The notes: generated by a model not told the origin, from the letters alone. 50,724 nt of DNA from Deltaproteobacteria bacterium (GCA_017860575.1 JAGDMS010000007.1:1-50724), one strand, 5' to 3'; positions 8,029 through 18,369 are shown, numbered from the stretch's first letter. A program made the numbers and translations.

Positions 8029-10542
8029 ATGTTAGAAATTGCCAACGGGCTGCTTCTGCGGCTCATCGTGTCTGTGGTAGTGATGCTGTCCGGCGCCACT
8101 GGTGCAATGGCGCAGCAGGAAACCGGTGGTCCGGGTTCTCCCAGCGCCACGACGACGATTGACGGCAAGCAGTTGCCCGCGCCGCCGGCGAAGTTTGGCG
8201 GCAAGATCGGGCGCACGGCGCAGGAGTCCACGCCCTACTGGCCGCCACGCATCGTACCCCCCAAGGGCGCGCCCAACGTGCTACTGATCATCACCGACGA
8301 CGCTGGCTTCGGTGTGCCCAGTACCTTCGGGGGCGTCATCCCGACCCCGGCGCTCGACCGGATTGCCGCCAACGGGCTGCGCTACACGAACTTCCACTCG
8401 ACAGCGCTGTGCTCGCCGACCAGGGCCGCGCTGATCACTGGCCGCAACCACCACTCGGCAGGGTACGGCGTGATTGCCGAGCAGGCAACCGGATACCCGG
8501 GCTACGACAGCGTCATCACCAAGGACAAGGCGACCGTCGGCCGCATCCTGCAGGACAACGGCTATCGCACCGCGTGGTTCGGCAAGAACCACAACACGCC
8601 GGAATATCAGGCCAGCCAGGCGGGACCGTTCGACCAATGGCCGACCGGCATGGGCTTCGAGTACTTCTTCGGTTTCATGGGCGGCGACACCAACCAGTGG
8701 GAGCCGGGCAACCTCGTCCGCAACACCACGCCGATCTACCCCTTCGAAGGCAAGCCGGGTTGGAACCTGAATACCGCGATGGCGGATGAGGCGATCGACT
8801 ACATGAACCGCATCAACGCACTGTCGCCCGACCAGCCCTTCTTCATCAAGTACGCCCCGGGCGCCACCCATGCCCCGCACCACCCGACGCCGGAGTGGGT
8901 CAAGAAGATCAGCGACATGCATCTGTTCGACCAGGGCTGGAACAAGCTGCGTGAGCAGATCTTCGAGAACCAGAAGAAGCTAGGCGTGATCCCGGCCAAC
9001 GCCAAGCTCACCCCGTGGCCCAAGGACCAGTTGAAGGAGTGGGACCAGCTCACGCCCGACGAGAAGAAACTGTTTCTCCGCCAGGTCGATGTCTTCGCCG
9101 CGTACGTGGCCTACACCGACTACGAGATCGGCCGCGTGATCCAGGCGGTCGAGGACATGGGCAAGCTCGACAATACCCTGATCATCTACATCGAGGGCGA
9201 CAACGGCACCAGTGCCGAGGGCACGATGAACGGCACGCCGAACGAGGTCGCCATGTTCAACAGCGTTAACCCGCCGGTCGAGGCCCAACTCAAGTCATTC
9301 TACGACGTCTGGGGCTCCGACAAGACCTACAACCACATGGCAGTGCCCTGGGCTTGGGCGTTCGACACCCCCTTTTCCTGGACCAAGCAGATCGCCTCGC
9401 ACTTCGGCGGCATCCGTCAGGGGATGGCGGTCTCGTGGCCAAAGGTCATTACCGACAAGGGCGGCATCCGACACCAGTTCCACCATGTCATCGACATCGT
9501 GCCGACGATCCTGGAGGCGGCGCACGTCAACGCGCCGGAGTTCGTCGACGGTATCAAGCAGAGCCCGATCGAAGGCGTGAGCATGCTGTACACCTTCGAC
9601 AAGAAGAATGCCGCCGCGCCGTCGACCCACAAGACGCAGTACTTTGAAATGTTTGGCGACCGCGCCATCTACCATGACGGCTGGATCGCGAGCACCAAGG
9701 TCATGCGTCCGCCCTGGTCCAATTTTCCCCCCAAGGAGAGCGTGCTGGACTACCCGTGGGAGCTGTACGACCTGAAGAACGACTGGACCCAGTCGGACGA
9801 TGTCGCGGCCAAGCAACCGGGCAAGCTGAAGGAGATGCAGGCGCTGTTCTGGACGGAGGCGACGAAGTACCAGGTGCTGCCGCTCGACGCGTCGTTCGTG
9901 GGCCGCCTCGTCACGCAACGGCCCAGCCTTACCGCCGGCCGCAACGTCTTCACCTGGACACGGCCGCTGACCGGCACGCCCAACGGCGATGCGCCGAGCC
10001 TGTTAAATGCGTCCTACACCTTCAAGGCCGAAGTCGAGATTCCGCAGGGCGGTGCCGAAGGCATGCTGATCACGCAGGGCGGCCGTTTTGGTGGCTATGG
10101 CTTCTATGTGGTGAAGAACAAGGCGGTATTCCTGTGGAACCTGGTCGACCTGAAGCGCGTGCGCTGGGAGAGCCCCGAACTGGCGCCGGGCAAGCATACG
10201 CTCGAGTTCGCTTTCAAGTACGACGGCCTCGGGGCGGCCACGCTGGCGTTCGGCAGCTATGCCGGACTCGGCCAGGGCGGCACCGGCGTCCTGAAGGTGG
10301 ACGGCACGGACGCCGCGACCGAAAAGATGGAGCACACGCTTCCGTTCATCCTACAATGGGACGAAGCCCTGGACATCGGTTCCGACACGGGCACGCCGGT
10401 AAACGACGCGGACTATCAGGTGCCGTTCGCGTTCACCGGCAAGATCAACAAGATCACGTTGTCGATCGACCGGCCGAAGCTCTCACCCGACGACATCAAG
10501 AAACTCGAGGCGGCCCAGCGCAACAACAAAGTGAGCGAGTAG
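8029..10542 (+). CDS. Arylsulfatase (type I sulfatase, long form with C-terminal beta domain)
   Basis: 837 aa, AGGAG upstream, signal peptide ending AMAQQ. Carries the LLIITDDAGFG metal site and the formylglycine motif CSPTRAALITGRNHH. Confidence 0.9.
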   Translation: MLEIANGLLLRLIVSVVVMLSGATGAMAQQETGGPGSPSATTTIDGKQLPAPPAKFGGKIGRTAQESTPYWPPRIVPPKGAPNVLLIITDDAGFGVPSTFGGVIPTPALDRIAANGLRYTNFHSTALCSPTRAALITGRNHHSAGYGVIAEQATGYPGYDSVITKDKATVGRILQDNGYRTAWFGKNHNTPEYQASQAGPFDQWPTGMGFEYFFGFMGGDTNQWEPGNLVRNTTPIYPFEGKPGWNLNTAMADEAIDYMNRINALSPDQPFFIKYAPGATHAPHHPTPEWVKKISDMHLFDQGWNKLREQIFENQKKLGVIPANAKLTPWPKDQLKEWDQLTPDEKKLFLRQVDVFAAYVAYTDYEIGRVIQAVEDMGKLDNTLIIYIEGDNGTSAEGTMNGTPNEVAMFNSVNPPVEAQLKSFYDVWGSDKTYNHMAVPWAWAFDTPFSWTKQIASHFGGIRQGMAVSWPKVITDKGGIRHQFHHVIDIVPTILEAAHVNAPEFVDGIKQSPIEGVSMLYTFDKKNAAAPSTHKTQYFEMFGDRAIYHDGWIASTKVMRPPWSNFPPKESVLDYPWELYDLKNDWTQSDDVAAKQPGKLKEMQALFWTEATKYQVLPLDASFVGRLVTQRPSLTAGRNVFTWTRPLTGTPNGDAPSLLNASYTFKAEVEIPQGGAEGMLITQGGRFGGYGFYVVKNKAVFLWNLVDLKRVRWESPELAPGKHTLEFAFKYDGLGAATLAFGSYAGLGQGGTGVLKVDGTDAATEKMEHTLPFILQWDEALDIGSDTGTPVNDADYQVPFAFTGKINKITLSIDRPKLSPDDIKKLEAAQRNNKVSE

Positions 10543-10552
10543 ACACAGCGGA

Positions 10553-10584
10553 GATCGGCGCGCCCCGCCGGGGGCTCGCCGATC
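10553..10584 (+). terminator. GC-rich hairpin downstream of the sulfatase (terminator-like, no U tract)
   Basis: GATCGGCGCGCCCCG-C-CGGGGGCTCGCCGATC lies 10 nt after the TAG at 10540-10542. No T-run follows, so intrinsic-terminator function is uncertain. Confidence 0.35.
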
Positions 10585-10705
10585 GGTCTCGCATGCCACT
10601 GAACAATCCCACCCAGTGCTTCGCTAGGCACACGCGTCTAACAGCGAGGGCGAGGCGGCTCGGTCGATCGTCGCGCTGCGGGCGCTCCGGTGGTATCTAC
10701 GAAGG

Positions 10706-12118
10706 ATGGGCCTGCTCAAGGGTTGGTCGCCTGCTCTCGGACTGATTGCCGCTCTGCTGTGGTGGGAGTGCGGCTGTGCATCGGCAGTGTCGGCGGCGCA
10801 GGCTGATGACGGTCCGCCTGCCGTGAACACTGAGTGCGACGGACCGGAATGTAGTGCGATGCCTGCGGCGCAGCCGGGAGGGCCGGAAGCGCCTGCGGCA
10901 AGGGCGGCGGCACCGGTGGAACCCGACACCGAGCACGACACACATCACTTCGACGTGTGGTGGCAGCGCGGTCTGAATTATCGCCTGCGGGAGATCGTGC
11001 CTTGGCCATGGCAAGCTGAGCCGGTCGAGCGTCTGCGCGGGCGGTTCAGTGCGCAAGTGCAAATCGACGGCGCGGGCTTTGCGCAGGGTGGAGATGTGCA
11101 GGGTGCGAATCCGGGCGTCGAGCCCCGCCGGCTGTATATCACTACCACCGGCGATTTCTTCCTCGTCGCGCCCATTGCCTACAAAGTGCAGATGGGATTT
11201 GTGAAAAAGTTCGACATCGACGAATTCTACGTGCGGCTCAGACACCTGCCCCGGGTACCCACGCTGACGATCGGCCACTTCAAGACACCAATTTCGCTGA
11301 GTGAATTGACGAGTTCCTAAGACACCACGTTCATGGAACGTGCCGCACCGGTGCAAGCCTTCGTCCCCGGCCGCAAACTCGGGGTGCAGCTTGGTGATCC
11401 GACGCTCGACAAGCAGATGACCTGGGCCGTCGGCTGGTTCACTGCGGGACAGCGCGAGGCGACCACGGCGGCAACCGAGGAAGTATCGGACCTGGCCGCG
11501 CGGGTGACGTGGTGTGGGGCCGGGAGCGACCGGTCAGACCCGCGTTACCTCTTCCATGCCGGGCTCAGCGGCAACTGGGTGCTCGCCCAGGGTTCCAATG
11601 TTCAATACAAGGCCCGTCCGGAAAGCTTTCTCGCCGGCACCCTGGCCGACACCGGAAAGATCGATGCCAGCAACGCGTTCAACGTCGGCATCGAGTCGGC
11701 CACGGTGCTCGGTCCGCTGGTGCTCCAGACCGAGTACCTCAATGCCGTCGTTGGTAGCCACCAGGTGGGTGCGCGGCACTTCAGCGGCGTGTACTTCTCC
11801 GGCAATGCCTTTCTGACGGGGGAGACTCGGCCGTACGACCGGGACAAGGGTGTCATTGGCCGGGTGATTCCGCGGCAGAATTTCTCCATGCGCGAGCGCC
11901 ACCTCGGCGCGATGGAATGGGGCATCCGGTATTCCTATCTCGATTTGGACGATGGTCCGATTAAGGGAGGCCGGATGCACGTCCTGACCTCGGGTTCGAG
12001 CTGGTACTTCAACGAATTCCTGCGCTGGCAGGTGGAGTACAGCTACGCCCCGGTCAGCGGCGGACACGCCGACGGCCACCTGCACACCGTGCAGACGCGT
12101 CTGCAGCTCAGCTTTTGA
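10706..12118 (+). pseudogene. Phosphate-selective porin O/P (OprO/OprP) family gene interrupted by one in-frame TAA
   Basis: Track ORFs 10706-11320 and 11333-12118 share one frame. The junction reads ...IGHFKTPISLSELTSS*DTTFMERAAPVQAF..., which is the conserved porin O/P core with a stop in the middle. The C-terminus ends ...VQTRLQLSF, a beta-barrel terminal Phe. Confidence 0.8.
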
Positions 12119-12144
12119 CTCCAATATATGAGAGGGAGCCCGCT

Positions 12145-12915
12145 ATGAATCCGACCGCAATCGCCTGCATCAGTTTCGCGTGCGTCTTTGGCGGCGCACT
12201 GCTCGGTATGTTCGGGCGTGACGCGTTGCCAGGGCACCATCTGAGTGCCGACTCGAAAGATGTCGTCAAGCTGGGTGTGGGTCTAATCGGGACGATGGCC
12301 GCCCTGGTCATCGGCCTGCTGATCGCCTCCGCGAAAGGCTCGTTCGACACGGTGAACGATCAGCTCAAGCAGCTTGCCACCAAGGTCATCTTACTCGACC
12401 GTGCCCTCGCCCGTTATGGTCCGGAAACGGCGGACAGCCGCGAGCTGCTCCGGCGTTCGGTTGCGCTGAAAGTCGATCAGGTGTGGCCCAGGGAGGGCGC
12501 CCAGCCGGCGCAGGTGGATATCCTTGCGAAAGCGGCTGGACCTGCTGATGAGATTGCTGAGAGGCAAATCCGCGCGCTCGTACCGCAAACCGACACTCAA
12601 CGTGCCCTGCAGTCTGAGGCCCTGGGAATCGTGACTGACGTGGCCCAAACGCGATGGATGCTCTTTGGAGAGGTGGGCGAGCGCTCGATCCCCGTGCCGT
12701 TTCTGGTTGTGCTGGTCCTCTGGCTCGTTGTGATCTTCGCCAGCTTCGGTCTGTTTGCGCCGCGCAATGCTACCGTGGTCGCCGTCCTGGTTTTGTGTGC
12801 ACTGTCGGCGTCGGGTGCCATCTTTCTGATCCTCGAGATGGACCGGCCGTTCGAGGGGCTGATGAAGGTCTCCGACGTGCCGTTGCGCTACGCTCTCTCG
12901 CAGCTCGGCCGCTAG
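12145..12915 (+). CDS. DUF4239-type membrane protein
   Basis: Track ORF 12115-12915; GAGGGAG precedes the ATG at 12145. MNPTAIACISFACVFGGALLGMFGRDALPGHHLSADSKDVVKLGVGLIGTMAALVIGLLIASAKGSFD matches my memory of DUF4239 N-termini. Two further C-terminal TM helices follow. Confidence 0.75.
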   Translation: MNPTAIACISFACVFGGALLGMFGRDALPGHHLSADSKDVVKLGVGLIGTMAALVIGLLIASAKGSFDTVNDQLKQLATKVILLDRALARYGPETADSRELLRRSVALKVDQVWPREGAQPAQVDILAKAAGPADEIAERQIRALVPQTDTQRALQSEALGIVTDVAQTRWMLFGEVGERSIPVPFLVVLVLWLVVIFASFGLFAPRNATVVAVLVLCALSASGAIFLILEMDRPFEGLMKVSDVPLRYALSQLGR

Positions 12916-13132
12916 CTGTAAGCGCGGCGGCTGGCCAGCGATAGCGCACGCGGATGGTGCACGTGGCTGCGGGTGTCTGCACAGCGCCGGACCTGACTTC
13001 GTCGCATGGTGTCGAGGGGTTTCTTGTGGTGTACACGCAAGCAGCTACGGCGACGGATCCGCCCACCTGCGAGTCGCCCGCGGTTGAGCATCGCGGGCGG
13101 CGACCAAACTCGAAAGAAGGAAGGAAAAAACG

Positions 13133-13814
13133 ATGAAGAAAAGCCGACAGGTATGCGTAGCCGTGGTTGCGGCCCTTGCCATCGCATCCCATCTCTTGTC
13201 AGGTTGTGCGGCCAGGAACGACACCATCTCCCGCGCGGAAGCGACGGAGAAGAGCAAACCCGACGTCGCCGAAATCAAGGCCATCGCCGAGGAAGGATTT
13301 ATCTACGGCCTGCCCATCGTGATGAACTATGCAGTGATGTACGACTACGTCATCGACCGCAACTCGGGCCAGTGGAAGGCGCCGTTCAACCAGATCTCCA
13401 ACGAGCATCGCGTCTTCACCTACAAGGACACCACCGTCGTCACACCGAACAGCGACACCCCATACTCGATGGCGTGGCTCGATTTGCGCGCGGAGCCGAT
13501 CGTGATCTCGGTGCCCGCCGTCGACAAGAAGCGCTACTACTCGGTGATGCTTTGCGATGGCAATACCTTCAATTACGGCTACATCGGCAGTCGCGCCACC
13601 GGTAACGACCCGGGCGATAATCTGGTCGCCGGACCGCGTTGGCAAGGCCAGACACCGCTGGCCCGGCGAGGTAAAGGAGGCGAACTGGCTGCCGGCACCG
13701 GATGGGCCGATCTACCTGGTGATGCGTCTGTACTGGCCGAAAGACACGCCGCCTTCCATTCTTCCGCCCGGCTCGGGCACGTGGCAGCCGCCGGCGCTCG
13801 TGCCAGTGAAGTGA
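13133..13814 (+). pseudogene. DUF1254/DUF1214 lipoprotein gene with a large internal deletion and frame change
   Basis: Lipobox LLSGCA, then the DUF1254 core (...GLPIVMNYAVMYDY...RYYSVMLCDGNTFNYGYIGSRATGNDPGDNLVAGPRWQGQTP). At about 13657-13680 it switches to another frame (track 13557-13814) reading ANWLPAPDGPIYLVMRLYWPKDTPPSILPPGSGTWQPPALVPVK, the extreme C-terminus of DUF1214. The middle of the protein is missing. Confidence 0.8.
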
Positions 13815-13901
13815 GTTTGTCGGCGAGGCGGGTGAAAGCGGTAGGCCATTAGCGCAGGGTAACGGCCCACGCGAGCGCAGTGCGGAAACTCCGGGGCGCG
13901 T

Positions 13902-14654
13902 CTAATCCCTCGTGTCCGGCCGGACCGCGTGGCCCATCTGCATCCCCACCAACCGCGCCACGAGAATCGCCAGGTAGAGTTGTCCCGCGATTCCTTCGGC
14001 AACTGCCGCGTAGCGCGCTTGCAAAGTCAGGGGCAGGATGTCGCCGAATCCGATCGTCGCGAGCGTGGTGAGGCTGAAGTAGATGAACACCGGGAGGACG
14101 TTCTGCGAATCGGGCGACAGGTCGGAGGTCGGGCTGGACGCAGCGGGAAAACTGAAGGCATCCGGATGCAGTTCGAACAGCGTGATGTACAGCATCCCCC
14201 ACGTCAGTCCGATCAGCAGATAGACCGAAATCGTTATCGCGATGGTTTCGCTCGTGACCTGTTTCTGCCGCAAGAGACTGCGCAACTGACTCACGGTCAC
14301 AAAACCGAAGAACAGCAGCCAGGAAATCGCACCGACGACGTAGAGCCGGGGACTCGGAGCAAGGATCATGTAGATTCGTTCGGCGATCGCCGGTACCGCG
14401 AGTGCCCATCCCACGAGGCTTCTCCGCCGTCTTTGAGTCAAAAGGACCTGGCGGTCGCCGACCAATTCGTCGACCTGAATGGTGTACAGGGCAGCCAGCA
14501 ATAGAACGCCGAACGCCAGACTGAACACGATCGGGGCGGCAGGGCTGTCGCCGACCAGTGGCCGCACCAGGAATGCCCCCACGATCGCAGCTGTCAGCGC
14601 CGTGTGTCGCCTCTGGCGGAGATACCCGCGAAAAGTTTGCCGAAGCGGTGTCAT
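13902..14654 (-). CDS. Potassium channel family protein
   Basis: Within track ORF 13902-15014. ATG 14654 gives a 250-aa multi-TM protein with pore helix and selectivity filter FSLTTLATIGFGDILP. Confidence 0.8.
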   Translation of the reverse strand: MTPLRQTFRGYLRQRRHTALTAAIVGAFLVRPLVGDSPAAPIVFSLAFGVLLLAALYTIQVDELVGDRQVLLTQRRRRSLVGWALAVPAIAERIYMILAPSPRLYVVGAISWLLFFGFVTVSQLRSLLRQKQVTSETIAITISVYLLIGLTWGMLYITLFELHPDAFSFPAASSPTSDLSPDSQNVLPVFIYFSLTTLATIGFGDILPLTLQARYAAVAEGIAGQLYLAILVARLVGMQMGHAVRPDTRD

Positions 14655-14722
14655 GATCCGGCCCCTCAAGACGGCATGATTCGAAATGCGAGAATCGACA
14701 ATCGGAACTCCGTTGTTTGCCT

Positions 14723-17700
14723 TCACTCCAACTTGACAACGAGCGTGTTCTCTCCCTCGCACAGCAGCTGGCGCACGGCGTTCATCGCGACGGTGACGCC
14801 TCCGGTCCGGTACGGGTTGGCGTTGCGTGTCAATGGGAGCGGCGTCGCGTTCAGGATTACGGCACGCGGGCCACGTCCGAGCGCGGCGACCCGATAGTGC
14901 ACGCGCACGCAGCGGTCCTCGAGCCGCACGTCGGCCCGCAAGCCATCGAGCGCCTTGGGTACGCACGGGTCGATGCCGAGGACCGAGCGGGTGCGGCGCA
15001 GGCCGAGAAAACACTCGTGGATCAGACGGAAGGCGATACCGGCGCCGCTCGAGTAGATGCGCCAGCCGCCTTCGTAGGGCCCGCGTCCGGCGCGGATGTC
15101 GGCGTATCGTTCCGCCGCCTCGTAACGATCGGCGACCACGGCATCCGAACTCGAGTAATAGCAGTTCGCCTGGCGCGGCGCCGCCGTCGGGACCACCGAG
15201 GCGATGCCGATCGGATGGGCACGCTGGAGGGCCGTGAAGAAGGCGTCGGCGTCGCCGTAGTGCGCCATTGCCGCGGCGTAACGCAGATGCGCGTGGGTGT
15301 ACATCAGTCCGATCTCGCGGCCGAAGAACGAGCTGCTCTCGGCCCGCTGGAAGTGCTGCTGCGGACCACCGCGGTACGCCGGCGGCCGGTCGAAGAGCCG
15401 GGCGCCGTCGGCGCCGAGCAGATGTGTCCGGATCAGTGCGACGTGCGTCGCTGCCTGCTCGGGGGCCAATAGATCGGCGAGAATGGCGTGAATCATTGGC
15501 AGCAGCCGGTGGTGGATGCCGGTGGCGCGATCGCGCGGGTGCAGCAGGTAGTCGACGTTCCCGTCGTCGTGGAAGTATGCGAAGCCGGGTAGTTCGCCGT
15601 CGGCGAGCAAGCGTCGCGTGAAGTCGCCGTGCACCGCAGCCGCGAGCGCCTCGAGCGGCGCGGCTGTGGCGCTGCGACCGACCGTGCGCAACCCGGCGGC
15701 CAGCATGGCCAGCGTTTCATGATGCAGGGTTACGGTCCAGGCGCTGCACAGTCGCTCGCGCATCGCCGGATCCGCGGGCTGCAACGAGTCGTTCCAGTCG
15801 CCGTGTCCGTAGGCGATCAATTGCGTACCCGGGATCAGCCGCCCGGTCACGCAGGCCAGCGCCCGTTCGACGTGCGCCCACACCGTCGCGCGCTCCGCCT
15901 CGCTGTCGCCGCCCGGATGGAAGAACGGGACCACCGCGTCGAGGATCGACGCATCCTCGGCGGCCAGCAGGTACTGGGCAAGTGCGTGCAGCGGCCAGAA
16001 GACAATATCGCCGTGCGAGTCGCCGGGTCGGATATTGCGTTCGCGGTCGAAGAACATGAACCACTGCGGCCAGTCGCCGTCGGCGTTCTGGTTGGCGAAC
16101 AGGCGCAACAACAGATCCCGCAGCGGTTCCCAGCGGCCCAGTGCCAGCAACAGCTCGACGGGACCTTGCGCGACGTCGCGCGTCCCCCACCCGCCGCCCG
16201 AGAACTGTTCCAGGCCGCGCGGTGCCAGATAGTGAATCAACGCGTCGTGGGCGTACCAGGGCAGAATCTCCTGCAATGCCGCGGCGTCGTGGGCCAATGC
16301 GTTCGCGGGATCGGTGCTGATGGCGGTACTGCCGGACATGTCCGTCCAGAATCTTCCGGCGGCGTCTTCGGCCGTATCACGGGAGCTCACCGCAGGCGGT
16401 GTGCCGACAAGCCCTCCGGTGATGCGGAAGCCGGCTGCCGTCGTCGGCGCCGTGAGTAGCGTGAGAAACGGCTGCGACCGAGAATGGCCGTCGGCGAACA
16501 ACAACTCGTCCCCGCCCACGCGCTCGACCACGGTGCCCGCGTGCGGATCGAAGCGGAAAAAGCCGTCGGGAAAACGGCGCCCCACGTCCGACTCGGGAAT
16601 CGCCCGCACGACGATTCCATTCGGGTCGCTCTCGAAGCGCACCGGCACCGCCTCGGCGCCGTCGTCGCCGTTCAGCGCGATGTGATTCGATAACAGAAAG
16701 CGGACCGGCGGCCCCGTGCGTACCGCGATCCGCAGATCGAGCGCATGCAGGGTGGTGCCGGCGGTGAGACTCACTTCGATCAGCCCGCCGGCATGCGCGT
16801 ACAGCCAGCGACACCCGTCCGGACGCACCTCCCACGCCGACGGCACGTCGAGCAGGACGTAGCCGCCATCCGACTCGACGAACAGGCGCTGGCCGTGCGC
16901 GCGTTGCAGGCCGAGGTACGAACGCGTCGCCGACAGCAAGCGGTTGATGCTTACGTGCCCCTGCGTCAGCAGGGAGTTGAACACTCCTGCCATATAGACG
17001 GTCGTGGTGAGCGACTCCTCGTCGGGTGCGAGCCGATTGCCCGTCCTGAACAACTCGCCGTGCGGCCGTAGCACCCGCAGTTCCTTGGCGCGCAGGACGA
17101 CGTGGGTATGCGCATTGGTGAAGAACGAGAGGAGGCGGTTGCCGTCGCGCTCCGCGTGGCGCAGTTCCTTGCCCCAGAAGCGGGAGATTGTGGCAGCGCT
17201 CAGATCGCGGCAGCGCAACGGCGCGCGCGCCGAGAATAGTGTCGGGACCACCGGGGCACCGGTCGCCGGCCCACGGCGCCGGGGGGGCGCGGACGCTTCC
17301 GCCAGGGCCATGGTGCGATCCACGGCCCCCAGATCGGTGTCGGCGGTCGCCGCGGGGTGATCGGGCTCAAACGACCCAAAGAAGCCGAGATCCACGCGTG
17401 CCCCTGGTGCCAGTTGCGTGGCGGCATCCTGGATCACGACCATCGCGTGCTCGTGTTGGCGGCGGACGCCCGGCAGTGTCGGCGCCGCCAAGCCGGGGAT
17501 GCTTCCGTCGGCGCGCGTCGCCAGGCCATGCAGCTGCAACGCATCGGTGGCAAAGCTGACACCTTGCCGGAGCGAGCCGATCACGGCCCAGGGGATCCGT
17601 CCGTTCACGCCCAGATTCTGCCGCGTCGCAACGGCATACCCGCGCGTTAGGTGGCGCAGCGGCGCGTGATCGAGATACTGGCTCACGTAGTACTCGTTCA

Positions 17701-18121
17701 TCCGGATCGCGCCGTAAGGGGCAAGCGCGACGTCCTGCGCGTACACGAGATCGGCCCTAGCGCTACCCGCCCCTCGGTTCTCGAGGGTGACGTGCCAGAA
17801 CCACGCCGGCGCGGATTGCGCCAGCACCAGCGACAGGGCGATGTGGAGCCCCCGCCACTCGCCCGCCGCTGAAAGTCCGGCCTCGTCGAGCTGAAAGGCC
17901 AGCGGGCTGCGCGGGCCGAGCAGCGGCGTCCAGGCGATCTTGGCGCCCAGGGCGCGCAGGTAGAGGTTCGCCGATCCGCCTTCGACCTCGCTGGTGGGAA
18001 ACAGGTTGAGCACGACGTCGCCGTGCTCGATACGCCGCAGCGATCCGTTCGCGTTGACCTGCACCGCCAGCCCCGCCGGGCTCTGCAAGCGGCGGGGCCA
18101 TCCGGACGCGGATGATGTCAT
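14723..18121 (-). CDS. GH94-type glycoside phosphorylase (cellobiose/chitobiose/beta-1,2-oligoglucan phosphorylase superfamily), large form
   Basis: Track ORF 14723-18208; likely start is ATG 18121. C-terminal catalytic region motifs: YGHGDWNDSLQP, GREIGLMYTHAHLRYA, PRQANCYYSSSDA, GGWRIYSSGAGIAFR. About 1130 aa. Confidence 0.85.
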   Translation of the reverse strand: MTSSASGWPRRLQSPAGLAVQVNANGSLRRIEHGDVVLNLFPTSEVEGGSANLYLRALGAKIAWTPLLGPRSPLAFQLDEAGLSAAGEWRGLHIALSLVLAQSAPAWFWHVTLENRGAGSARADLVYAQDVALAPYGAIRMNEYYVSQYLDHAPLRHLTRGYAVATRQNLGVNGRIPWAVIGSLRQGVSFATDALQLHGLATRADGSIPGLAAPTLPGVRRQHEHAMVVIQDAATQLAPGARVDLGFFGSFEPDHPAATADTDLGAVDRTMALAEASAPPRRRGPATGAPVVPTLFSARAPLRCRDLSAATISRFWGKELRHAERDGNRLLSFFTNAHTHVVLRAKELRVLRPHGELFRTGNRLAPDEESLTTTVYMAGVFNSLLTQGHVSINRLLSATRSYLGLQRAHGQRLFVESDGGYVLLDVPSAWEVRPDGCRWLYAHAGGLIEVSLTAGTTLHALDLRIAVRTGPPVRFLLSNHIALNGDDGAEAVPVRFESDPNGIVVRAIPESDVGRRFPDGFFRFDPHAGTVVERVGGDELLFADGHSRSQPFLTLLTAPTTAAGFRITGGLVGTPPAVSSRDTAEDAAGRFWTDMSGSTAISTDPANALAHDAAALQEILPWYAHDALIHYLAPRGLEQFSGGGWGTRDVAQGPVELLLALGRWEPLRDLLLRLFANQNADGDWPQWFMFFDRERNIRPGDSHGDIVFWPLHALAQYLLAAEDASILDAVVPFFHPGGDSEAERATVWAHVERALACVTGRLIPGTQLIAYGHGDWNDSLQPADPAMRERLCSAWTVTLHHETLAMLAAGLRTVGRSATAAPLEALAAAVHGDFTRRLLADGELPGFAYFHDDGNVDYLLHPRDRATGIHHRLLPMIHAILADLLAPEQAATHVALIRTHLLGADGARLFDRPPAYRGGPQQHFQRAESSSFFGREIGLMYTHAHLRYAAAMAHYGDADAFFTALQRAHPIGIASVVPTAAPRQANCYYSSSDAVVADRYEAAERYADIRAGRGPYEGGWRIYSSGAGIAFRLIHECFLGLRRTRSVLGIDPCVPKALDGLRADVRLEDRCVRVHYRVAALGRGPRAVILNATPLPLTRNANPYRTGGVTVAMNAVRQLLCEGENTLVVKLE

Positions 18122-18164
18122 CGGCTGACCGTTCCCGTCGCTGTTGAGCAGGATTTGCACGATG

Positions 18165-18196
18165 GCTTGAGGGCGTGGGGGCTTGAGGGCGTGGGG
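18165..18196. repeat. Perfect tandem direct repeat, 2 x 16 bp (GCTTGAGGGCGTGGGG)
   Basis: 18165-18180 and 18181-18196 are identical. The repeat sits just upstream of the GH94 start codon. Confidence 0.9.
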
Positions 18197-18346
18197 TGTC
18201 TGACACAATTGGCGAACGAAAATATTCTCCGGGCAGTCATCTGGAAACGAGAATTACGCCACTGAGATGCCGGAGCGCGGAATTGAGTTGTCATGACAGC
18301 CGTGCCTCGCTTCAATTCAACGCTGCAAGTCAAACTATTGAATCAC

Positions 18347-18369
18347 CTCAAGCCCCCAGGCCCGCAAGC
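18347..18369. repeat. Inverted partner of the 18165-18196 repeat
   Basis: CTCAAGCCCCCAGGCCCGCAAGC matches the reverse complement of the tandem repeat (CTCAAGCCCCCACGCCCTCAAGC) at 21 of 23 positions. More degenerate CAAGCCC(C/T)CACGCC copies follow up to about 18400. Confidence 0.7.

Noticed and set aside
18118-18333. 71-aa minus-strand ORF inside the lower-GC island between the ABC and GH94 genes.
   Set aside because: No SD, odd composition, and it runs through the G-rich repeat. More likely non-coding leader or promoter sequence.
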